In this document: piece after piece, positions 49,589 to 59,524 of the stretch | How positions within the stretch are numbered: position 1 is the stretch's first letter | Layout: each line of letters opens with the position of its first letter | Assembly: GCA_034519515.1 (NCBI GenBank) | Contig: JAXHOK010000068.1 | Location: forward strand, 219,421-283,420 | Reading direction: 5' to 3' | DNA: 64,000 nucleotides | DNA from: Arcicella sp. | GTDB taxonomy: Bacteria > Bacteroidota > Bacteroidia > Cytophagales > Spirosomataceae | Notes under the pieces: generated by a model | What the model saw: the letters and a program-made list of their open reading frames with translations, nothing else | Database searches by the model: none | Told to the model about the DNA's origin: nothing | Program-made: the position numbers and the translations under genes

Positions 49589-50072
49589 TTACCCCTTCTA
49601 TTTCATAGGCGGACAAAATAATAGCTATGTCTTTGTAACTGATTCAAAAATTTCCTACGAAATTAAGTTTAAATCAAGCGATTATCTTTTTGATAATCGG
49701 CTTGATTTTCCCGTTTCGGCTTATGAATTTGTTATTGAAGTAGCAATCAATGATACGAATAAAAAACCTGCCACAGATTCTAAGATGCCCTTCGCAATTG
49801 CTTCTATTTTTATGGATTTTTTCCAAAAAAATAAAGAGCAAGTCTTCGTTTACATCTGCGACTCGTCCGATTCAAGACAAGAAGCACGTAGAAGAAAGTT
49901 TAACCAGTGGGTCGAATTATTCAAAGGTGATAAATTCATAAAAGTAGATACGAAAATTACGGAATCTGAAACCATCGCCTATTACAATTCTATCCTTATT
50001 CGTACTGATAATCCACGAATTTCCGCCATTGTGAATGCCTTTATTGATATTGCTAATGATTACCAAAAATGA
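49560..50072 (+). CDS. DUF6169-like protein, copy 2
   Basis: GGQNNSYVFVTDSKISYEIKFK...VYICDSSDSRQEARRRKFNQW. Confidence 0.72.
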   Translation: MNLEEIQKNSYPFYFIGGQNNSYVFVTDSKISYEIKFKSSDYLFDNRLDFPVSAYEFVIEVAINDTNKKPATDSKMPFAIASIFMDFFQKNKEQVFVYICDSSDSRQEARRRKFNQWVELFKGDKFIKVDTKITESETIAYYNSILIRTDNPRISAIVNAFIDIANDYQK

Positions 50073-51418
50073 AAATTCCCGTCTGTGCCATTTTTGATAT
50101 TGGCAAAACCAACAAAAAACTCTTTCTTTTCAACGAAAACTACGAAATAGTTTTAGAGAAATCCACTCAATTTTCCGAGATTCAAGATGAAGACGGATTC
50201 CCTTGTGAAGATGTCCAATTATTGAAAGATTGGGTCATAAACTCGTTTGGAGAGGTTTCTCAGCTTGAAGAATACGACATCAAAGCTCTCAATTTCTCAA
50301 CTTATGGAGCAAGTTTTGTGCATCTTGATTCAATAGGAAAAGTGATTGCTCCGCTTTATAATTATTTAAAACCTTATCCTGAAAATCTCAGAAAACAGTT
50401 TTACGATACTTACGGAGGTGAAGAACGCTTCGCCCAGCAAACGGCTTCCCCGGTATTAGGAAACCTCAATTCGGGAATGGTTTTATATCGTTTGAAATAC
50501 GAAGAGCCTGCTCTGTTTACTCAGATTCAGTATTCTCTTCATTTACCTCAATATTTAAGTTTTTTATTTACCAATCAATATTTTTCAGATATTACCAGCA
50601 TCGGTTGCCATACGAATCTTTGGAATTTTGAAAAAAATGAGTACCATGAGTGGCTTAGTTTAGAAAAAATTACCGAGAAATTGGCTCCGATAAATTCAAC
50701 AATCAAATCGTCAACAATTCAACAATCGAACCGTCAACAATTCAACAATCGAATCGTTGAACCGTCAACAATTGGAACGGGTCTCCACGACAGTTCAGCC
50801 GCTTTGATTCCATATTTAGCTACTTTCAAAGAGCCTTTCGTTCTGATTTCAACGGGAACTTGGTGTATTAGTCTAAATCCGTTTAATCATATTTCACTCA
50901 CTACTAATGAGTTAGCTCAGGATTGTTTGGCTTATATGCAATACACAGGCAACCCCGTAAAGGCATCACGCCTGTTTGCGGGCAACGAACACGAAGAGCA
51001 AACTAAGCGTTTGGCAACATATTTTCAAAAGCCGAATGATTATTTTAAAACCGTGAAGTATGACGTTCAAACAATAGAAAAACTAAATAGTGAATATATT
51101 TCTTTCGCAGAAAGAGATTTGAGCATTTTTGAAACCTACGAATCAGCCTATCATCAATTGATTTCAGATATTATTGTTCAACAAAAAACCTCAACCGAAC
51201 TGGTAACTTACAACGCCCCCGTAAAGCAACTTTTTGTGGATGGAGGTTTTGGAAAAAATGAAATTTACATGAGTCTTCTGGCAAAAGCCTTTCCCGAAAT
51301 GGAAGTTTATGCGGCTTCGGTGGCTCAGGCAACGTCTTTGGGGGCAGCACTGGCAATTCATCAAGATTGGAATACTCAGGAATTGCCTTTAAATTTGATT
51401 GATTTAAGAAGGAATTAG
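50069..51418 (+). CDS. FGGY-family carbohydrate kinase (probable rhamnulokinase)
   Basis: FDIGKTN, GLHDSS, STGTW, VDGG, TSLGAA; rhamnose context. Confidence 0.85.
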   Translation: MKIPVCAIFDIGKTNKKLFLFNENYEIVLEKSTQFSEIQDEDGFPCEDVQLLKDWVINSFGEVSQLEEYDIKALNFSTYGASFVHLDSIGKVIAPLYNYLKPYPENLRKQFYDTYGGEERFAQQTASPVLGNLNSGMVLYRLKYEEPALFTQIQYSLHLPQYLSFLFTNQYFSDITSIGCHTNLWNFEKNEYHEWLSLEKITEKLAPINSTIKSSTIQQSNRQQFNNRIVEPSTIGTGLHDSSAALIPYLATFKEPFVLISTGTWCISLNPFNHISLTTNELAQDCLAYMQYTGNPVKASRLFAGNEHEEQTKRLATYFQKPNDYFKTVKYDVQTIEKLNSEYISFAERDLSIFETYESAYHQLISDIIVQQKTSTELVTYNAPVKQLFVDGGFGKNEIYMSLLAKAFPEMEVYAASVAQATSLGAALAIHQDWNTQELPLNLIDLRRN

Positions 51419-51478
51419 AATCAAATACATTCTAATTCCTCACAAGCGTTCACCCTTTACCGTGTACCGATTTAGAGC

Positions 51479-52996
51479 ATGAGTATTCTCAAAAAATTAG
51501 CCAGCGAAACTGCTTCTTATGGCATCAGTACCATCTTGGGGCGTTCGTTGAATTTTCTGTTGGTTATCATTCATTCGGCAGCCTTTATGCCCGACGAAAT
51601 GGGTATCAATATCAAGTTATACAGTTACGTTGCCATTGCCAATATTCTCTACACCTACGGAATGGAAACTGCTTTCTTTCGTTTCGCCGCTGACGATAAA
51701 ACCAAATATTATAACATCATTCAAAGTGCTATTCTGGTTAGCAGTGGTGTATTTTCCTTGATTCTCATTGTTTTTTCAACGCCCATTATTACTTATTTGG
51801 GTTATCCCAATAAAGAGCAATTTCTCACTTGGCTGGCTCTCATTTTAGCCATTGATGCCATCACCGCCATCCCTTTTGCTCGTTTGAGATTAGAAAAACA
51901 AACCAAAAAATTCGTTTTTGCCAAGATTGTCAGCATCCTAATTAATGTTTTTTTGAACGTTTTTTTCTTATTAATTCTGAAAAAAATAGCCGATGGTGAT
52001 TATTTTCAGTTTATGCAACCGCTTGCCCAAAAACTGTATTCACCCAAGATTGGAGTAGGGTATATTTTCTTAGCGAACCTCTTGGCAAACGCTACTTTTA
52101 TTTATTTTCTCAGAAAAGAACTCTTCGATTTTCGTTTTCAAATTGATATTGAAGAACTCAAAAAACTCTTGCTTTATTCCTATCCCGTAATGCTAATGGT
52201 GCTGGCGAGTACCTTCAATTTGTTGTTTGACCGATTATTATTAGAAAGATTTTTGCCCGTTGGTTTTTATCCCAATCGAACCTCCGAACAAGCCCTTGGA
52301 ATTTATGGTACGGTTTATAAATTATCCATTTTCATGTCACTTGCCACACAGGCGTTTCGTTACGCCGCCGAACCGTTTTTTCTATCTAAAACTGATGATA
52401 AAAACTCCCCCGAAACTTTAGCAAACGTTACTAAATGGTTTCTGATAACTTGCATTTTTATTTGGCTAGGAGTAAGTTTAAATCTGGATATTATCAAAGT
52501 CATTACCTTAAATGACGAAATTTATTGGGAAGGTATCAGCGTAGTTCCAATTTTACTTTTGGCAAATTTGTTTTTAGGAATTTACTACAATATGTCCGTT
52601 TGGTTTAAACTCAATAAAAAGACCTATTTTGGCACACTAATTACCCTTATTGGCTTGGTTATCACTATGTTATTAAACATCATATTGATTCCAAAAATGG
52701 GTTACATGGGCTGTGCCATTGCCTTCATGTTTTCATGTTTTTCGATGACGGCTTTGTGTTACGTGCTTGGGCAACGATATTACCCCGTTCCCTATAAAAT
52801 CGGTTCGGCATCAGGATATATCATTTCGGCAGGATTATTGATTTACTGCGTAATGAAGATTCAATTCAGTAGTCTTTGGGTTTCAGTGCCATATCATTTG
52901 TTGTTATTAGTTTTATATACGGCAGGTGTTGTAATTGTTGAGCGAAAGACCATTATTCCACTGAAAATCAGAGATAAATACGCATTTTTAAAGTGA
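51479..52996 (+). CDS. MOP/Wzx-like polysaccharide flippase
   Basis: KKLASETASYG, YGMETAFFRF, AFRYAAEPFF; about 14 TM segments. Confidence 0.85.
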   Translation: MSILKKLASETASYGISTILGRSLNFLLVIIHSAAFMPDEMGINIKLYSYVAIANILYTYGMETAFFRFAADDKTKYYNIIQSAILVSSGVFSLILIVFSTPIITYLGYPNKEQFLTWLALILAIDAITAIPFARLRLEKQTKKFVFAKIVSILINVFLNVFFLLILKKIADGDYFQFMQPLAQKLYSPKIGVGYIFLANLLANATFIYFLRKELFDFRFQIDIEELKKLLLYSYPVMLMVLASTFNLLFDRLLLERFLPVGFYPNRTSEQALGIYGTVYKLSIFMSLATQAFRYAAEPFFLSKTDDKNSPETLANVTKWFLITCIFIWLGVSLNLDIIKVITLNDEIYWEGISVVPILLLANLFLGIYYNMSVWFKLNKKTYFGTLITLIGLVITMLLNIILIPKMGYMGCAIAFMFSCFSMTALCYVLGQRYYPVPYKIGSASGYIISAGLLIYCVMKIQFSSLWVSVPYHLLLLVLYTAGVVIVERKTIIPLKIRDKYAFLK

Positions 52997-53027
52997 AATG
53001 TCGATTTTTTTTGAGAAATTTGCGAGA

Positions 53028-53132
53028 GTTCAGTTATCAGTAAACAGTTATCAGTAAACAGGCAGATTGCCCAGGGCAATTTTGACATCGTTTTTCAAAC
53101 TGATAACTGATAATTGATAACTGAAAACTGAA
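53028..53132. repeat. inverted heptamer arrays (CAGTTAT / ATAACTG)
   Basis: CAGTTAT CAGTAAA x2 ... ACTGATA ACTGATA ATTGATA ACTGAAA ACTGAAA, ending 4 bp before an ATG. Confidence 0.8.
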
Positions 53133-53136
53133 AAAG

Positions 53137-53472
53137 ATGGATGATTCTCAAATACAAATTTTTGCTCGATTTAATGCTTTGGAACAAAAACTCAAAGTAT
53201 TAGTAGAGAGGTATGTTGAGATGAAACAGGCTTTTGGAGAAACCAAAGACGAAAATGAAAATCTTAAAAAAGTCCTAAATGATACTTTAAAAGAGAATCA
53301 AGAATTACAGAAAAAATTAAACCAACAAGAGAAAAACTTTAAAAAATCAGATAAATTCACTAAGATTGCAGTAAATAATTTAAAAAGTACGGGCAACCCT
53401 GTCCAATTGAAAGAAAAACTTGACGAATATATTTTAGAAATAGAGAAATGTATTAGCCAACTTAGCAATTAG
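53137..53472 (+). CDS. ZapB-like coiled-coil protein
   Basis: Heptad coiled coil ending KLDEYILEIEKCISQL; upstream of zapA. Confidence 0.7.
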   Translation: MDDSQIQIFARFNALEQKLKVLVERYVEMKQAFGETKDENENLKKVLNDTLKENQELQKKLNQQEKNFKKSDKFTKIAVNNLKSTGNPVQLKEKLDEYILEIEKCISQLSN

Positions 53473-53476
53473 TTTT

Positions 53477-53590
53477 TGAGTTAAAAAGTTAAAGAGTTAA
53501 AAAGTTAAAGAGTTGTAAAACACCCAATTGGATGATAACAGAGATTCTTTAACAATCCAACTTATTTAACTATTATAGCTCTTTTAACTT
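53477..53590. repeat. inverted octamer arrays (AAGAGTTA / TAACTCTT)
   Basis: GAGTTAAAAAGTTAAAGAGTTAAAAAGTTAAAGAGTT with degenerate complement before zapA. Confidence 0.65.
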
Positions 53591-53597
53591 AAACAAA

Positions 53598-53891
53598 ATG
53601 ACCAAACCCATACCTTGCAATATCCTTGTCGGAACGGAGGCTTTTAGTCCTACGCCCGCCAACGTTGCCGAGGAGGAAATCATTAGAAAAGCTGCCAAGT
53701 TGATTAACGAAAAAATCCAATATTATCAAGAAAGAAACGGTATTAAAAGTACCCAAAGGCTCTTGGCACTTTCAGCCTTGGATGTGGCAATGAGCATTTT
53801 GAAAACAGATATGCAAAACGACAGTTCGCAGAAGATAGTTTTGGATAGAATGTCATCCTTAGAATCCATTATTGATACTGTTATAGATTAG
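53598..53891 (+). CDS. zapA: cell division protein ZapA
   Basis: EEEIIRKAAKLINEKI...LLALSAL; zapB-like/zapA/rny order. Confidence 0.8.
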   Translation: MTKPIPCNILVGTEAFSPTPANVAEEEIIRKAAKLINEKIQYYQERNGIKSTQRLLALSALDVAMSILKTDMQNDSSQKIVLDRMSSLESIIDTVID

Positions 53892-54131
53892 AAATTTCTC
53901 CTTCGTCATTACCCAATAATTTGAAAACTGAAAATCACATACTGATTTTTGTAGCTATTTAGAACAATTTTAAATTCATTATTTTGATTATTCCTTACCG
54001 ATGATTTAGAATTTATACTTAGTAAAATTAGAGCATAATTTTTTGATGAAATATAACCTTTGAAAATAATTATCAAATTAATTAATCTCCAAATTGTCAA
54101 ATTAAAATCTCCTTTCAATTAGGCATTTGTC

Positions 54132-54203
54132 CGTTTTAGTACCATTTTTCCATTGGGTTTGTTTCGCACTGCAACCTTACGCACGAACAAATCTACTAAA
54201 ACG
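54132..54203 (+). other. predicted RNA hairpin with internal bubble upstream of rny
   Basis: CGTTTTAGTA pairs with TACTAAAACG; inner GGTTTGTTTCG pairs with CGAACAAATC. Confidence 0.5.
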
Positions 54204-54211
54204 ATATAACA

Positions 54212-55843
54212 ATGCTCATATCCATTCTGGCCGCAGTGGCATCCCTGATTGCAGGACTTTTTGTAGGTAAAACTGTCTTTGCTAAAAACAGCGAGAAACT
54301 CGAAGAAATAGCCCTCGCCAAAGCCGCTGACCTTGTAAAAACTGCCGATGCCAAAGCCGCTGATATTGTAAAAACTGCCGAACTCCAAGCAGATGCTCTC
54401 AAACAATCCCGTATTCTGGAAGCCAAAGAGAAATTCTTGAAATTACGTTCAGAATTTGAAGAAGATTCGACCAAGAAAAAGCAAATTTTAGTTCAAAACG
54501 AACAGACTTTAAAAGACCGTGAACGCCAAATCCAGACTTCGATGGAGCAATCTAAACAAGCAATGGAACAAGCTAAACGCATGGAAGCCGATCTGAATTC
54601 GCAACGTCAATCGCTTACTTCAAAGGAAGAGAATCTAAAAAGAAAAACCGAAGAAGCCGACAAGAAGAAAGCCGAAGCCGAAGAAATGTTGGCTGGACAA
54701 GTGGCTCAGTTAGAGAAAATTGCGGGTTTGACTGCTGCTGATGCCAAGCAACAATTGATTGATGCCTTGAAAGGCGAAGCCGAAACCAAAGCATCGGCAA
54801 TGATTAAAACTACCATCGAAGAAGCAAAATTGACGGCAACCAAAGAAGCCAAAAAGATAGTTATTGAAACCATCCAAAGAACGGCGGCTGAAAATGCAAT
54901 TGAAAACTGCGTATCAGTTTTCAACATTGAATCAGACGATGTGAAGGGAAAAATCATTGGTCGTGAAGGGCGAAATATTCGTGCTTTGGAAGCTGCAACG
55001 GGTGTGGAATTTATTGTGGACGACACCCCAGAGGCAATTATTATCTCAGGTTTTGATCCCGTTCGCCGTGAAATTGCCCGTTTGTCGCTTCACCGTTTGG
55101 TGCAGGACGGACGTATTCACCCTGCTCGTATTGAGGAAGTTGTGGCGAAAACCAAGAAAAATATTGATGATGAAATCGTTGAAATTGGCGAGCGTACTGT
55201 CATTGATTTAGGGATTCACGGATTGCATCCAGAGCTTATTAGAATGGTTGGCAGAATGCGTTTCCGTTCTTCTTACGGACAAAACCTTCTACAACATTCA
55301 CGTGAAGTAGCCAAACTTTGTGCCACGATGGCGGCTGAACTTGGATTAAACGCTAAGTTGGCAAAACGTGCTGGTTTGCTCCACGATATTGGAAAAGTTT
55401 GGCACGAAGAAGCTGAACTGCCCCATGCTATTTTGGGAATGCAACTGGCAGAAAAATATAAAGAAAACGCTGAGATTTGTAACGCCATTGGAGCTCACCA
55501 CGACGAAATTGAGATGACTTCAATGATTTCGCCCATCATTCAGGTTTGTGATGCCATTTCGGGTTCACGCCCAGGAGCAAGACGTGAAATGATGGAGTCG
55601 TATATGCGTCGTTTAAAGGAGTTGGAGGAATTGGCGGTAAGTTTTAAAGGTGTTCAGAAATGTTATGCCATTCAAGCAGGTCGTGAATTACGGGTTTTAG
55701 TAGATGCTGAAAACGTTTCGGATGAAAAAGCGGGCATGATTTCGTTTGATATTTCTCAGAAAATCGAAAAAGAAATGCAATATCCAGGGCAAATCAAAGT
55801 AACGGTAATTCGTGAAATGAGAGCGGTGAATTATGCGAAATAG
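54212..55843 (+). CDS. rny: ribonuclease Y
   Basis: N-terminal TM, coiled coil, KH ([13 protein letters not shown]), HD (GLLHDIGK), [10 protein letters not shown]. Confidence 0.97.
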   Translation: MLISILAAVASLIAGLFVGKTVFAKNSEKLEEIALAKAADLVKTADAKAADIVKTAELQADALKQSRILEAKEKFLKLRSEFEEDSTKKKQILVQNEQTLKDRERQIQTSMEQSKQAMEQAKRMEADLNSQRQSLTSKEENLKRKTEEADKKKAEAEEMLAGQVAQLEKIAGLTAADAKQQLIDALKGEAETKASAMIKTTIEEAKLTATKEAKKIVIETIQRTAAENAIENCVSVFNIESDDVKGKIIGREGRNIRALEAATGVEFIVDDTPEAIIISGFDPVRREIARLSLHRLVQDGRIHPARIEEVVAKTKKNIDDEIVEIGERTVIDLGIHGLHPELIRMVGRMRFRSSYGQNLLQHSREVAKLCATMAAELGLNAKLAKRAGLLHDIGKVWHEEAELPHAILGMQLAEKYKENAEICNAIGAHHDEIEMTSMISPIIQVCDAISGSRPGARREMMESYMRRLKELEELAVSFKGVQKCYAIQAGRELRVLVDAENVSDEKAGMISFDISQKIEKEMQYPGQIKVTVIREMRAVNYAK

Positions 55844-55918
55844 ATGATTAGAGGATAGATCATAGAGTTTAGATGCTGATAGAGTAATACTCATCATTAC
55901 TTTGTGTTCTGAAATCGT

Positions 55919-55956
55919 AAAAGGGCTTGCAGAGTTAAATCTGTAAGCCCTTTTTT
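55919..55956. terminator. bidirectional terminator between rny and nrdB
   Basis: AAAAGGGCTTGCAGA / TCTGTAAGCCCTTTT, nested in TAGAG/CTCTA heptamer arms. Confidence 0.8.
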
Positions 55957-56004
55957 ACTTTATTTTTTGGAAACTCTCTCTGTTCTCTAAAATCTATTCT
56001 CTAT

Positions 56005-56988
56005 CTAAAAATCCGCATCCATTGCAAATGCCATTGATTCTTTCTCTGACATTACACCTGATTTTTGATATTCTGCTACTCTCTTCTCAAAGAAATTAGT
56101 TTTGCCTTGTAATGAAATCATTTCCATGAAATCAAATGGATTTTGAGCGTTAAATTTCTTCTGTAAGCCCAAAGCTATCAATAAACGGTCGGCAACGAAT
56201 TCGATATATTCACACATCATACCAGCGTTCATACCAATCAAAGAAACTGGCAAAGCATCCGATACAAACTCTTTTTCAATTTCAACGGCATCCAAAATGA
56301 TGTCATAAATATTTTGCGGATTCAATTGGTTTTTGATGTGGTCGGTGTAAAGCATACACGCAAAATCACAATGTAAACCTTCGTCTCTTGAAATCAGTTC
56401 ATTTGAGAATGATAGACCTGGCATCAAACCACGTTTTTTCAACCAAAAAATTGAGCAAAAAGAACCCGAAAAAAAGATTCCTTCCACCGCCGCAAAGGCA
56501 ATCAAACGCTCGGCAAAGTTTCCGTTTTCAATCCAACGCAAAGCCCAATCAGCCTTTTTCTTTACACAAGGAATGGTATCAACTGCACGGAGCATTTTGT
56601 CTTTTTCAACAGGATTTTTGATGTAAGTATCAATCAGCAACGAGTACGTTTCTGAGTGAATATTTTCCATCATAATCTGGAAACCATAAAAACATTTTGC
56701 TTCGGCATATTGAACTTCTGAAAGAAAGTTTACCGCCAAATTTTCATTCACGATACCATCAGAGGCAGCAAAAAATGCCAATACGTGCGAAATGAAGTGT
56801 TTTTCGCCATCGTTCAAACGGTTTTCCCAATCGTTTGTGTCTTGTGATAAATCAATTTCTTCGGCAGTCCAGAAAGAGGCTTCGGCTTTCTTATAGTATT
56901 GCCAGATGTCATTGTGCTTAATGGGAAATAGCACGAAACGGTTTGGGTCTTCAATCAAAAGGGGTTCAGCCTGCGAGTTGTTGGTCAT
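56005..56988 (-). CDS. nrdB: class Ia ribonucleotide reductase beta subunit
   Basis: [49 protein letters not shown]. Confidence 0.96.
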   Translation of the reverse strand: MTNNSQAEPLLIEDPNRFVLFPIKHNDIWQYYKKAEASFWTAEEIDLSQDTNDWENRLNDGEKHFISHVLAFFAASDGIVNENLAVNFLSEVQYAEAKCFYGFQIMMENIHSETYSLLIDTYIKNPVEKDKMLRAVDTIPCVKKKADWALRWIENGNFAERLIAFAAVEGIFFSGSFCSIFWLKKRGLMPGLSFSNELISRDEGLHCDFACMLYTDHIKNQLNPQNIYDIILDAVEIEKEFVSDALPVSLIGMNAGMMCEYIEFVADRLLIALGLQKKFNAQNPFDFMEMISLQGKTNFFEKRVAEYQKSGVMSEKESMAFAMDADF

Positions 56989-57347
56989 TGTTTTAGGTAA
57001 ATTATAGCTTTATCTTGAAATATTTAAGGATAAGTAATTAATAAAATTACTCAGTAATTGGCGATTTGTCAGATTTAAAACTAACGGTTGGATTATGAAA
57101 TTTACTTTGTTTGGAATTCTAAACGAATATACGCATTAGAAGATAAATCGCTGATAAAATACTGATTAAAAATGATGATTTTTTATGAGTTCTTTATTTA
57201 CCTTACTAATGATAGACTCGTGGAGTCTTAGGATAATTTGGGTGAAGTGTTAGCGTATATACACTCTACTATTTGAACAGTCAAAATGTTTTGATTTATG
57301 GATTAATATTTTCAAATTTATCAAAATATCAAAAACAAATTGAAATA

Positions 57348-58112
57348 ATGATACAAGATTTTTCAGGAAAAGTTGCCTTGATAACGGGGGCAGCATCGGG
57401 TTTGGGTAGAGCAACGGCTCTTTTATTTGCTCAACGTGGGGCAAAAATAGTGGTTTCGGACATGGCAGAAGATGGCGGACATGAAACCGTAAAAATGATT
57501 CAAGATATGGGCGGTGATGCGGTATTTATTGCCTGTAATGTTGCCAAAGAAGATGAGGTTATCAACCTGATAACCAGGACGGTAGAGGTTTACGGACGTG
57601 TCGATTGTGGCATCAATAACGCTGGAATCGGTGGGCTTTGGACTTCTTCGCACAAATATCCAACTGATAATTTTGAACACGTAATGGCGGTCAATTCCAC
57701 GGGCGTATTTATGTGTATGCGGGAGGAATTGAAAGTGATGATGCAGCAAGGTTCAGGGGCAATTGTGAATGTGGCTTCGGTGGCGGGTTTGTCGGGTTTT
57801 CCGAATAATGTGGCATATTCTGCCAGTAAACACGCTGTGGTGGGCATGACCAAATCGGCGGGTTTGGAATACGCCAAAAAGGGCATTAGGGTAAATGCGG
57901 CTTGTCCTGTGTTCACTATTACGCCCATGGTAACAGATATGTTTGATTTATTGGGGGATGATATGAAAGGCAAAATGGAAGCTGCAATTCCGATGAAACG
58001 CTTTGGACAACCCGAAGAGATTGCGGAAACGATTGTGTGGTTATGTTCAGATTCGGCTTCATTCATCACGGCTCATGCCTTGCCGATTGATGGCGGAATG
58101 ATGGCGGGGTAA
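57348..58112 (+). CDS. short-chain dehydrogenase/reductase
   Basis: TGAASGLG, NNAG, YSASK, IDGG; start reset to ATG 57348. Confidence 0.93.
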   Translation: MIQDFSGKVALITGAASGLGRATALLFAQRGAKIVVSDMAEDGGHETVKMIQDMGGDAVFIACNVAKEDEVINLITRTVEVYGRVDCGINNAGIGGLWTSSHKYPTDNFEHVMAVNSTGVFMCMREELKVMMQQGSGAIVNVASVAGLSGFPNNVAYSASKHAVVGMTKSAGLEYAKKGIRVNAACPVFTITPMVTDMFDLLGDDMKGKMEAAIPMKRFGQPEEIAETIVWLCSDSASFITAHALPIDGGMMAG

Positions 58113-58116
58113 ATTA

Positions 58117-58150
58117 AAAAAGCCATTCAGGACGCTCTGAATGGCCTTTT
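58117..58150. terminator. bidirectional terminator
   Basis: AAAAAGCCATTCAG / CTGAATGGCCTTTT. Confidence 0.75.
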
Positions 58151-58151
58151 A

Positions 58152-58616
58152 TTAATCAATCATCCCTCTATCAAAACTCCGTTTTACATCTTTTTCTTTG
58201 ATAGAATCTCGTTTGTCGTATAGTTTTTTGCCTTTGGCTAAGGCGATGTCTATTTTGGCAAAACCTCTATCTGAAATATACATCCGAGTTGGAATGACGG
58301 TTAAACCAACGTCTTTGAGCTTGTTTGTGAGCTTTTTGAGTTCTCGTTTGTTCAGTAATAATTTACGGTCTTGGAGGGGTTGGTGGTTGTAATGCGTGCC
58401 TTCATCGTACTTGGCAATATTCATTTGACGAATGTATAATTCATCCCCCAAGAACAAACAATAAGCATCCGTCAAGTTTACTTTTCCCTGACGAATTGAC
58501 TTAATCTCTGTTCCCTTCAACATGACTCCTGCCGTATATTTTTCCAGAAAAGCATACTCAAAAGATGCCCTTCGATTTTTAATTTCTATATTTTTTTCTA
58601 TTTTTTCTTTTGACAC
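58152..58616 (-). CDS. smpB: SsrA-binding protein
   Basis: NRRA, GTEIKSIR, RKLLL, GKKLYDKR. Confidence 0.97.
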   Translation of the reverse strand: MSKEKIEKNIEIKNRRASFEYAFLEKYTAGVMLKGTEIKSIRQGKVNLTDAYCLFLGDELYIRQMNIAKYDEGTHYNHQPLQDRKLLLNKRELKKLTNKLKDVGLTVIPTRMYISDRGFAKIDIALAKGKKLYDKRDSIKEKDVKRSFDRGMID

Positions 58617-58654
58617 AAGCTAAACAAGTTTTATGTTTGAATTATTTTTGCAGG

Positions 58655-59494
58655 CTATTCCATTTCTTTCCTCATTTTGACCAAGTAATCAAGACTATAT
58701 TTAACAATATTTGTTTCATCCTTATTTTCGTTAGGTTTGACTTTACGATAGGCTTCATCCATCAAATAAAAACCTAAATCAGCATCTTTATTATCAAAAA
58801 AACAACTTTTCCAAGATGCAGAATCATAATCATTTGTAAATGATATACCTTCTCCTGTCATTGCAAATGGAGAGTTTAGCCCATCAAATGAAATAAGCCC
58901 TCCTTTATTAATAGCGTAATTGTGATAGGCTATAAGGTAGTCAACATGACTAATTGACCTCTTTTTTATTTGTTCTTCTGTTTCTTTTATTGAGGGTGTT
59001 GTTCTCCAAGCATTATTTTTGATAGAAAAGGGATCGAATTTATCTTCTGAAAAATCTTGATTATCTGCGTGGAAATTTTCTGCAATACTAAAAATGTTAA
59101 AAAATGGAGCAGATTTAGATTTTTTTTGAAGCATATCGTAGGCAAATATTAAGGAGTCGTCCGTCAGTCTTATGATTGTAAAGTTAAATTGTTGGTTTTT
59201 AACTGTACAATTTATATCATCATTATTTACACGCTTCCATACTCCAATATTGAATTTTGAATAAATAGTTATCACCATTGTTCCATCTTCAAAAAATCTA
59301 ATATAGTCATTATTATCCTTGTGAAATCGACTTAAATCATTTGAATAAAAATCAAAAGCAAATCTTCCTTTCGTTATGTCAGCAGAAGGATTAATTTTAC
59401 CAATATCCCATTTTTTACATAACTTATCATCTGATTCGCTTTTACAAGAAATTGTAAATAATGAAATTGTTAATCCGAGTATTAATTTTTTCAT
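58655..59494 (-). CDS. hypothetical lipoprotein
   Basis: Lipobox TIS-C; AT-rich; lipocalin-like F..DGT...GVW pattern in the N-terminal half. Confidence 0.65.
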   Translation of the reverse strand: MKKLILGLTISLFTISCKSESDDKLCKKWDIGKINPSADITKGRFAFDFYSNDLSRFHKDNNDYIRFFEDGTMVITIYSKFNIGVWKRVNNDDINCTVKNQQFNFTIIRLTDDSLIFAYDMLQKKSKSAPFFNIFSIAENFHADNQDFSEDKFDPFSIKNNAWRTTPSIKETEEQIKKRSISHVDYLIAYHNYAINKGGLISFDGLNSPFAMTGEGISFTNDYDSASWKSCFFDNKDADLGFYLMDEAYRKVKPNENKDETNIVKYSLDYLVKMRKEME

Positions 59495-59524
59495 GAAGAA
59501 TTAATGGTTTAAACACGTTAAAAC

